From the NCBI GenBank assembly GCA_049472355.1, contig JBLIRP010000061.1:1-24930 (forward strand): a DNA stretch of 24,930 bases, in the 5' to 3' direction. Below, piece by piece: positions 9,341 through 16,921 of this stretch. The notes under the pieces are model-generated. The model had not been told where the DNA came from, did no database searches, and saw nothing but the letters and a program-made list of their open reading frames with translations. Made by a program: the position numbers and the translations under genes. The stretch is from a bacterium. GTDB lineage: Bacteria; SZUA-182; DTGQ01; JAFGSM01. Position 1 is the first letter of the stretch, and each line of letters starts with the position of its first letter.

Positions 9341-10234
9341 CTATTTTTCGCCGTGGCCGTTGAAGGCGCTGATGATATCCCATGCCTCCTGCGCGGTCTC
9401 GACGTACTGAACAAGATCCAGGTCCTGGGGGTCAATGGTGCCTTCCTGGGCCATGACCTCGAAGTTAAAAACCCGTTTCCAGTATTCCTTGCCGAAGAGG
9501 AGCACAGGGATCTGCTTTATCTTTTTCGTCTGGATGAGGGTCAGGGCATCGAACAATTCATCGAGGGTTCCGAATCCACCGGGAAAGATGACCAGGGCCT
9601 TGGCCCTCATGAGGAAGTGCATCTTGCGAATGGCAAAGTATTGGAACTGAAAGCTGAGCTCGGGCGTTACGTAGGGATTGGGGGCCTGTTCCTCGGGGAT
9701 GACGATATTGAGTCCGATGCTCATTGCACCCACCTCGTTCGCCCCCCTGTTTGCAGCCTCCATGATACCCGGTCCGCCCCCGGTGATGATGACATAGGCG
9801 CGCCGTTCATTGGTCTGGCTCGAAGAGGAGACGATCCGCGCGAATTCCCGTGCCGCTTCGTAATATCTGCTCTTTTCAAGCCTTCGCCAGGCAATTTCGA
9901 CCTGCTTGGCGAGCTGCGGGTCCGAGGGATTGCGCGATGCAACCTCCTTTGCCTCCTCGTACCGGGCCCTCGCTATCTTGGGGTCCATGATCCGCGAGCT
10001 CCCGAATACGACGATGGTGGAGTCGATCCCCTTCTCCTTCAGGATGAGGTCCGGTTTATACAGCTCGAGCTGGAGCCGCACCGGCCGTAATTCCTCGCGC
10101 AGCAGGAATTGCTCATCCGCATAGGCGAGACGGTAGGTGGGTGAGCTTGTCTGGGCCGTGGTTTCAACGGTCTCTGCCGCCTTGGCCTCCTCCTCGGCGC
10201 TCGGGAATATCCCCCCACCGTTATCGTCATCCAT
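9341..10234 (-). CDS. LOG family (TIGR00730-type, SLOG) nucleotide phosphoribohydrolase
   Basis: VFGSSR, TGGGPGIMEAANRGA, FAIRKMHF and PGGFGTLDE motifs. AGGGGA precedes ATG 10234. Confidence 0.9.
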   Translation of the reverse strand: MDDDNGGGIFPSAEEEAKAAETVETTAQTSSPTYRLAYADEQFLLREELRPVRLQLELYKPDLILKEKGIDSTIVVFGSSRIMDPKIARARYEEAKEVASRNPSDPQLAKQVEIAWRRLEKSRYYEAAREFARIVSSSSQTNERRAYVIITGGGPGIMEAANRGANEVGAMSIGLNIVIPEEQAPNPYVTPELSFQFQYFAIRKMHFLMRAKALVIFPGGFGTLDELFDALTLIQTKKIKQIPVLLFGKEYWKRVFNFEVMAQEGTIDPQDLDLVQYVETAQEAWDIISAFNGHGEK

Positions 10235-10601
10235 TATCGGTCCCCTTTTCGCAGTGTCGATCAAATGAACATGGTAAAGGAATTGGAAAACACAGGGCAT
10301 TCTAACACACCTCCGGCCCCATCTCAAATTGGAGCAATGCGGTGGCAAGCCGTTGTCAATCCGGGCAGCAACCCTGATTTTATGTGGTAGTGCTCAGCGG
10401 ATATATGCATGGAGTGAATATGGATGCTGAGATTCCCTGCGCAAAGGTTCAAACGTGGAATTGCTGCAATCCGGTCAATTCTCATGTTGACCTTGTATCT
10501 TCGCGGGCAGAAATGTTTACGGAGCGATAGAGGGAATAATCCCTTTTCTTCATTGACAAACATGGTATCATGGATGAAATACAGGGGCCTTTGTATACAC
10601 T

Positions 10602-12923
10602 ATGCCTATGTCGCGTATCGATACATTCATCCGTCAGGTGACCACCGAGTCGCGCTTTGCCTCACAGGTCGCGGTTCATCGCTATCTGCCGCCTGCGCAG
10701 GCGCAGTATGGTGATCTGCGCCTCAATGAAGGATTGAGAAAGGTGCTCGAAGATGCCGGGGTCAGCCGTGTGTGGAGCCACCAGAAGGAGGCGGTCGAGG
10801 CAATCCGAAGCGGCATGAACGTCGTGGTGATGACACCCACGGCAAGCGGCAAGACCCTCATTTACACCATACCGGTCATCGAATCCATATTGGGGCAACC
10901 GGAGAGCACGGCACTCTATATCTTCCCCTTGAAGGGGTTGGAGCAGGACCAGGTCAACAACCTCAACAGCCTCCTTTCGGCACTCGATATCCGTCCGGAG
11001 CGGAAGAAGGGGGAGCGGACCCCGCTGCAGGCAGCCGAGATATACGACGGGGACACCCCTGCCCACCGGAGGAAAAAGATCAGGGAGCGCACGCCGAACG
11101 TCATTTTTACCAATCCGGACATGCTCCACCTCGCCATCAATCCGTTCCACGCAAAATGGGAGGGATTTTTCAGGCATCTCCGGTACGTGGTGATTGATGA
11201 AATACACTCCTACCGGGGTGTCTTCGGCTCCAACGCCGCCCATGTATTTCGAAGGCTCAGGCGAATCTGCCGGTATTACGGGAGCAGCCCCCTGTTCATC
11301 ACCTCCTCGGCTACCATTGCAAATCCGAGGGAATTGGCGGAAAACCTCATCGGTCTCCCCTTTCGGGAGATCTCCGAAAGCGGTGCACCCCTTGGGGGAA
11401 AGCACTTCATCTTCGTCAATCCTCCACCGGACCGCAGCCCCTATACGGAGACCACCCATCTGTTCGTTTCGTGTCTTCGTGCCGGCCTGAGGACCATCCT
11501 CTTCACCAGGGCGCGCAAGATAACCGAGCTCATCTATACCTGGGCCGTGCAGCAGGCGGGCGAACTCGCCCCCCTGATCAGCCCCTACCGGTCGGGGTTC
11601 CTGCCCAAAGAGCGCAGGATCATCGAGCAGCGTCTTTTTCAGGGCGAGTTGATGGGGGTGGTCACCACCAGCGCCCTGGAGCTGGGGATCGACATCGGGG
11701 GGCTGGATGTCTGCATCCTGGCGGGATACCCCGGCTCAATCGCCAGCACCTGGCAGCGCGCAGGGAGGGTGGGAAGGCACGGCGATTCGTCGGCCGTGTT
11801 GATGGTGGCCATTCGGGATGCCCTGGATCAGTACTTCATGCGCCACCCCGATGCCTTTTTCGGAAAGAGCCACGAGGAGGTGATCGTGGACCCGAACAAT
11901 CCAAGACTGCTCAAAAGGCACCTCCCCTGCGCAGCGGCGGAGATCTATCTTCGCGAGGACGATCCGGTCTACGACGTGCCTGCGCTCAAGCCCCTGATCG
12001 AGGAGCTTGCGGCATCAGGGGAGATGAATCCGGGAAAACGGGGGGACATCTGGTTTCCCAGGAACAGGCACCCCCAGCGCGAGGTGGGCATCCGGAGTAT
12101 CGGGGAGCCCTGGGGCATCTTCCTGGAGTCGGGGGAAAGGATCGGGGAACTCGATGCAACCCGGGTGTTCGGCGAGGCATTCCCCGGTGCGATCTACCTG
12201 CACCAGGGACGGCAGTACAGGATCACCCGTCTCGATCCCTTAAAAAAACGGGCGTTGTGCACCACTGCGGATGTCCACTACTATACCCACGCCCTGAGCA
12301 GCAAGCAGACACGGGTCCTGTCCGAAGAGGAATCGCAACGGCTCCCGGCGCTCATCGTCCACCGGGGGAACCTCGCCATGACCCAGCGGGTTACCGGGTA
12401 TGAGAGGCGCAGGATGTATGATGGGACCAGGATATCACGGCACACCCTGGATATGCCGGAGAGCCGCTTCGATACGGAGGGGCTGTGGATGGCGCTCGAT
12501 CAGGATGCAATGCGTACCCTGGCATCGAACGGGCATGACCTTGCCGGAAGCCTCCACGCCGTCGAGCACGCCGCCATCAAGTGCATTCCCCTCTTTGCCA
12601 TCTGTGACAAGGGGGACATCGGCGGCCTGAGCTATGCCTCCTATCCTGTGTATGCACGGCCGACCATCTTCATCTACGACGGCTACGAGGGAGGGATTGG
12701 GTTCACGAAGAGGGGGTTTCATCGCATCGAGGATCTGCTCAAGGCCACCCTCGCCCTCATCAGGGAGTGTCCCTGCGAGGGAGGATGCCCCGCCTGCGTC
12801 CAGGACCCCCTGTGCGGCTCCGGAAACGACCCGCTCGACAAAAAAGGGGCGATCCTCGTGCTTTCCCTTTGCCTGGGTCCAGCCTCGTCCGCCAAACCTG
12901 ATTCCATGGAGAGCGCCGGTTAA
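10602..12923 (+). CDS. SF2 DEAD/DEAH helicase with C-terminal DUF1998 Zn-binding domain (MrfA/YprA/Hrq1-like)
   Basis: WSHQ Q-motif, TPTASGKT, DEIH, SAT, ALELGIDIG and QRAGRVGR. C-terminal HAVEH, IYDGYEGGIG and CPCEGGCPAC. Confidence 0.92.
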   Translation: MPMSRIDTFIRQVTTESRFASQVAVHRYLPPAQAQYGDLRLNEGLRKVLEDAGVSRVWSHQKEAVEAIRSGMNVVVMTPTASGKTLIYTIPVIESILGQPESTALYIFPLKGLEQDQVNNLNSLLSALDIRPERKKGERTPLQAAEIYDGDTPAHRRKKIRERTPNVIFTNPDMLHLAINPFHAKWEGFFRHLRYVVIDEIHSYRGVFGSNAAHVFRRLRRICRYYGSSPLFITSSATIANPRELAENLIGLPFREISESGAPLGGKHFIFVNPPPDRSPYTETTHLFVSCLRAGLRTILFTRARKITELIYTWAVQQAGELAPLISPYRSGFLPKERRIIEQRLFQGELMGVVTTSALELGIDIGGLDVCILAGYPGSIASTWQRAGRVGRHGDSSAVLMVAIRDALDQYFMRHPDAFFGKSHEEVIVDPNNPRLLKRHLPCAAAEIYLREDDPVYDVPALKPLIEELAASGEMNPGKRGDIWFPRNRHPQREVGIRSIGEPWGIFLESGERIGELDATRVFGEAFPGAIYLHQGRQYRITRLDPLKKRALCTTADVHYYTHALSSKQTRVLSEEESQRLPALIVHRGNLAMTQRVTGYERRRMYDGTRISRHTLDMPESRFDTEGLWMALDQDAMRTLASNGHDLAGSLHAVEHAAIKCIPLFAICDKGDIGGLSYASYPVYARPTIFIYDGYEGGIGFTKRGFHRIEDLLKATLALIRECPCEGGCPACVQDPLCGSGNDPLDKKGAILVLSLCLGPASSAKPDSMESAG

Positions 12924-13041
12924 ATCCATTCATTCCAGGAGGTCTAAAGACGAAGAAAATGCTGCAGGAAGGTACTCTCCATCTATGAACTATGTGGATG
13001 TTTCTTTGACCATAATGACGGATGCTCAGGAATCACGATAA

Positions 13042-13281
13042 TCAGGGTCGCTGTTCCTGCCCCTTTTCATACTCGTTCTTGATCCTCTCCAGGGCGATGT
13101 CGTCTATCTTCTTCCCCGTGGCCTTCTCGGCGGCATCCCTGATATACTCGTTTTCAAGGTGATCAACCGCCCTGGGAAGCCTCTCGGTGATCAGTTCGGT
13201 GCCAAAAACAACGATCATCGAAACCAGGGCGCAGAAGAGGATTATGTAGAGATACAATTTCATATCCCTTTTTGAGATCAT
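13042..13281 (-). CDS. Small single-pass membrane hypothetical protein
   Basis: Hydrophobic LYLYIILFCALVSMIVVFG followed by a charged helical tail. AAGGA lies upstream; alternative start at 13263. Confidence 0.65.
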   Translation of the reverse strand: MISKRDMKLYLYIILFCALVSMIVVFGTELITERLPRAVDHLENEYIRDAAEKATGKKIDDIALERIKNEYEKGQEQRP

Positions 13282-13512
13282 TTTCTTGTATCCTTACCAT
13301 TGAAAAGTGGTCCGCACCTCATCAATTTTTCCTCATATACTTATCGAACCCTGGCGAGGATTTCTTTACCCCGGTGCTATTGTTTTTGGGAAACGTCCAA
13401 TTCATTATGAGGAGAAGGGGAATCCACCTTCGCGAAAGACGTTGAGCAATAAATTTGCCTACGGGGCGGCAGTTACGTGAGGCTGTCGGGGAAAGTCGGG
13501 AATAATTACCGA

Positions 13513-14484
13513 TTAGCCCTGATGCTCAAGGCCTGGGGGGAGTTCCCTGAGGTGCCGGGTGGCCTGTTCCTTTGCCTTGAAGTCCCTGAGCACCCTTTCG
13601 ACCTGTTCCCCTTTCAGATCGAGGACGCTCGAGACCTGGTCCACGGGTATATGGTGTTCATAGGCATAGAGAAAAAGGTCGAGGAGCTCGTAGTCGAGGC
13701 AGAAGTAGAATTCCTTGTCCGTGACCGGAAGGCTGTAGGTATCGGGACTCGGAGGCCGGGCAATGATCTCGTCGATCACCCCGAGGTGTTTGGCCAGCGC
13801 GAAGACCTGGGTCTTGTACAGGTGGGCTATGGGTTCGATGTCCACACCGCCGTCGCCGTACTTGACATAGAATCCCTGGAGCAATTCCGCCTTGTTCGTG
13901 GTCCCTGCAACCAGGTAATTGTTTTTTTCCGCATGATAGTAGAGCTGGATCATTCTCATCCGCTGCTTCATGTTCTGGCATGCGGAGATCTTCAGCCAAT
14001 CGCCTCCCGAAAGCCTTTTGTGCTGCGTTTTTCCGTTGCCATCCATGATGGTGATGGTATGGAAATTGAATCGATCGGTTTCCAGAAGGTTCTGGGGAAG
14101 GCTGATATGGAACTTGTAGGACTCGTCGAATTCCGGGAAGATCGTTGTGATGACGGCATTCCTCTTCTCGTACAATTGCAGGGATTCGAGATATCCGGTG
14201 ATGTCGATCCTGATCGTCTCTATCCCCATCTTTTGGGCGTGTTTTGTCGCATATTCCGCGCTCACGGGATTGGATTCCCTTTCCGGGAGGATCAGCCCGA
14301 GAACCCTCTCCCTGCCTGCAGCGTGCACGCAGAGCTCGGCAACGAGGGCTGAATCGATCCCTCCGCTCATCCCGATCACCAGTCCCCTTCTTTTAAGGTC
14401 CTTAAACACCGTTTCACGCATGAAGTCGGTGATGCGGCGAAGCTCGAAGTCCGGATCGATATCCAACACTGCCTTAGAAAACAT
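13513..14484 (-). CDS. nadE: NH3-dependent NAD+ synthetase family protein (long-insert variant)
   Basis: PP-loop GMSGGIDS, NMKQRMRM, GTTNKAE..GFYVKYGDG, PIAHLYKTQV and PSPDT. No glutaminase domain. Confidence 0.85.
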   Translation of the reverse strand: MFSKAVLDIDPDFELRRITDFMRETVFKDLKRRGLVIGMSGGIDSALVAELCVHAAGRERVLGLILPERESNPVSAEYATKHAQKMGIETIRIDITGYLESLQLYEKRNAVITTIFPEFDESYKFHISLPQNLLETDRFNFHTITIMDGNGKTQHKRLSGGDWLKISACQNMKQRMRMIQLYYHAEKNNYLVAGTTNKAELLQGFYVKYGDGGVDIEPIAHLYKTQVFALAKHLGVIDEIIARPPSPDTYSLPVTDKEFYFCLDYELLDLFLYAYEHHIPVDQVSSVLDLKGEQVERVLRDFKAKEQATRHLRELPPGLEHQG

Positions 14485-14576
14485 AGGTGGTATCCCTCAT
14501 GGGCATCTATTTTTGGATGAGTCCCCGAATTTTTGCTGGTGATGAGGAATCGGACAAGAAAAAAGAATTCCGACTA

Positions 14577-14604
14577 TTGACAAGATAATAAATAATGATA
14601 CTAT
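14577..14604 (+). promoter_or_regulatory. Sigma70-type promoter on +, overlapping an opposite promoter for nadE
   Basis: TTGACA (14577-14582), 16 nt spacer, TACTAT with a TGn extension. On the minus strand: TTGACA (14624-14619), 18 nt spacer, TATCAT. Confidence 0.55.
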
Positions 14605-14844
14605 ATTCTATAGCCTTTTGTCAAAATTGAGCCTGCTTCTCTGCCAATACTCTTTTTGATGATCCCCATTCAGCGGCGCTTCATGCACACGTCCATGAGA
14701 ATATCATGCATGATTCGATACGCACCTTCGTTCGGGCTATGTGGCGAATTGTCCATCTCATTTCAAACGGAGCAGAATCCTTCGCTATGGAGATTGAGAT
14801 GCGCCCATGACAGGACAACATCCTCCAGACATCCTCATGGGACA

Positions 14845-14881
14845 GCGCGCCACCTGCACCTAACGGGTGGCGCGCCTTTTA
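14845..14881 (+). terminator. Intrinsic terminator-like hairpin
   Basis: GCGCGCCACCTG-cacctaa-CGGGTGGCGCGC forms a 12-bp stem with one G-U pair, followed by CTTTTA. Confidence 0.6.
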
Positions 14882-15105
14882 AGTAACTGCTCAATACGTT
14901 GTTGAAGATGGTGCATACCCCTGCCTATTAACCGCCATGATCTATCGATCACAACGAGGCATTAAAATAAACAGAACAATAGGTTGCTGGATTATTCTTA
15001 TATACTATTGAGCGATTGCCTCTTTAAGATGCCGAACAGGGATCACCGGGGTTTCTGCTCACGCCCTCCAGCCTTAAGATTCAAGATTGGCAGTGATGTT
15101 TCGTA

Positions 15106-15134
15106 TTGACGGATAAGGTGTCCGGGGATATATT
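15106..15134 (+). promoter_or_regulatory. Sigma70-type promoter for the DUF362 gene
   Basis: TTGACG, 17 nt spacer, TATATT. Confidence 0.5.
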
Positions 15135-15234
15135 ATTTAGAGATGTCACCGGATTTTTCCCCGGGAAAGGCGTCTTTGATCGGGTGTAAGGGATTGACTA
15201 TATTAAACAGGCAACAGGGAGGTGAGCTTCACCT

Positions 15235-16254
15235 GTGGCGGGGTTGAGGAGAAGGGATTTTTTGAAGCTCTCCGGCGCAGCCGGCGGTGTCCTCTTGATG
15301 GGCACCTACGAGGAGATGGCCAAGGGGGGTATGCAGGCCGACGTATCGCCGGATAAGGGGAAGGTGCCGGTAACACTGGTGAGGTGCGAGGATCGCCGAA
15401 CAGGCGTTGCATCCTCCATCAAGGCGCTCGGCATAAACCCGGCAAAGAATAAACAGGTCCTGATCAAGCCCAATTTCAACACCGCAGACCCCGCACCCGG
15501 TTCCACCCATAACGACACCCTTGCAGCCCTTGTTGAGGAGGTCTGGAAGATGGGGGCGAAGCGGGTGAGCCTGGGGGAGCGCAGCTATCCACCGACCCGT
15601 CGGGTGATGGAGGAAAAGGGGATTCTTCCCCTCATGAAGAGGCTGGATGTGCGGATCATCGACTTCGACGATCTCGAGGAGAAGGACTGGGTGAAGATCA
15701 GGCCCAAGGATTCCCACTGGGAGGATGGGTTCCGCATCGCACGCCCTGTGCTTGATGCGGAGTGTCTTGTTTCCACCTGCTGCCTCAAGACGCACCGGTT
15801 CGGCGGGGTTTTCACCATGTCGCTGAAGCTCCATGTGGGCGTGGTGCCGACGCGCCGCCACGGGTACGACTACATGACGCAGCTCCACAGTTCCCCCCAC
15901 CAGCGTAAAATGATCGCAGAGATAAATGCCCCGTTCACACCCGATCTTATCGTCATGGATGGCATAGAGGCATTTGTGGACGGGGGGCCCATGGATGGAA
16001 CGCGTGCCCGGGGGAATGTATTTCTCGCCTCCGCCGACCGGGTGGCCATCGATGCAGTGGGGCTTGCCGTGCTGAAGCTCCTGGGGAGCAATGACCAGAT
16101 CATGAAACGGAAGATCTTCGAGCAGGAGCAGATTGCCCGGGCGGTGGATATCGGCCTGGGGGCATCCTCCCCCTCTGCGATCGACGTGGTCCCTGCCAAT
16201 GAGGAAAGCCGCGCATACCGGGACCGGGTGGTCAAGGTATTGGACGAGGGGTGA
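15235..16254 (+). CDS. DUF362 domain protein with twin-arginine signal peptide
   Basis: N-terminal RRRDFLK followed by a hydrophobic stretch. VLIKPNF, LKTH, TMSLK, PDLIVMDG, GGP and DRVAIDA motifs. GGAGG upstream of the GTG. Confidence 0.88.
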   Translation: MAGLRRRDFLKLSGAAGGVLLMGTYEEMAKGGMQADVSPDKGKVPVTLVRCEDRRTGVASSIKALGINPAKNKQVLIKPNFNTADPAPGSTHNDTLAALVEEVWKMGAKRVSLGERSYPPTRRVMEEKGILPLMKRLDVRIIDFDDLEEKDWVKIRPKDSHWEDGFRIARPVLDAECLVSTCCLKTHRFGGVFTMSLKLHVGVVPTRRHGYDYMTQLHSSPHQRKMIAEINAPFTPDLIVMDGIEAFVDGGPMDGTRARGNVFLASADRVAIDAVGLAVLKLLGSNDQIMKRKIFEQEQIARAVDIGLGASSPSAIDVVPANEESRAYRDRVVKVLDEG

Positions 16255-16284
16255 ACGCCTCCCTCCCTTACGGGAAGGGGACCT

Positions 16285-16797
16285 TTACGGGGAGGTGCCT
16301 CTTTCTATTATCAGGCTCAGGGAAAAGGTCTCTATGCAGGTCCCCTCTTTTTCCCAGGGGCGCCTCAAGCACAGCTCCATGGTGACAATACCTGCAGCGT
16401 ACGCCTCAAATGTAAAGATCCTTATCCCGCCTCCCCCCATACGTTGTGCATCCTCTCCGGATGGCTCAAACCTTCTGTCAAGCAGGGTGACCTGAGGGGA
16501 TAGGGTTTCGGATACGGACCAGACATATCCGGTTGTGGGGCTTTCCGACAGTTCCACCCGGAATCCTTCTCCACAGGAAAGGGTAAATTCCTTGCCGTCA
16601 TCCTCCCGGGTGAATATCCTCGGTCCATTCATTTCCCTATCCGCCCCTTTCCCTTTCATTGTTTGGATTTCGGAGGCGTGGTTTCCCTGTGCCGGTATAG
16701 CATGTGTGCCCTGGGCGTAACCGAGGCCAACCGATATGACGAGGAGTATCCATGCGTAAAGGGGGACGATTGTACGATGCAGGACGACTCTGTTCAT
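16285..16797 (-). CDS. Chagasin-like cysteine protease inhibitor (family I42) with N-terminal signal/TM segment
   Basis: All three chagasin loop motifs are present: SPTTGYVW, MGGGG and RRPWE. GAGGA precedes ATG 16797. N-terminal hydrophobic LYAWILLVISVGLGYA. Confidence 0.88.
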   Translation of the reverse strand: MNRVVLHRTIVPLYAWILLVISVGLGYAQGTHAIPAQGNHASEIQTMKGKGADREMNGPRIFTREDDGKEFTLSCGEGFRVELSESPTTGYVWSVSETLSPQVTLLDRRFEPSGEDAQRMGGGGIRIFTFEAYAAGIVTMELCLRRPWEKEGTCIETFSLSLIIERGTSP

Positions 16798-16921
16798 AAA
16801 TCCTCTTTTCCTCCGGAACAATATTCTTCTATCATGGAAAGACCCGGCAGTGAGGGATGTATCCTCGCCGGCCGGGTCCATAATCCATGGGGGGTATGCC
16901 ATGCACCATAACAATTTCCTG

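Noticed and set aside
10602..12923. DISARM/Dpd/Druantia-type defence system suggested by the DUF1998 helicase
   Set aside because: No methylase, SNF2, PLD or other defence genes are adjacent, and the single-chain MrfA-like layout fits DNA repair.
14656..14886. 76-aa ORF in the nadE-DUF362 spacer, or an NAD riboswitch there
   Set aside because: The ORF has a TTG start without an RBS and runs through the terminator; I recognise no NAD riboswitch consensus.
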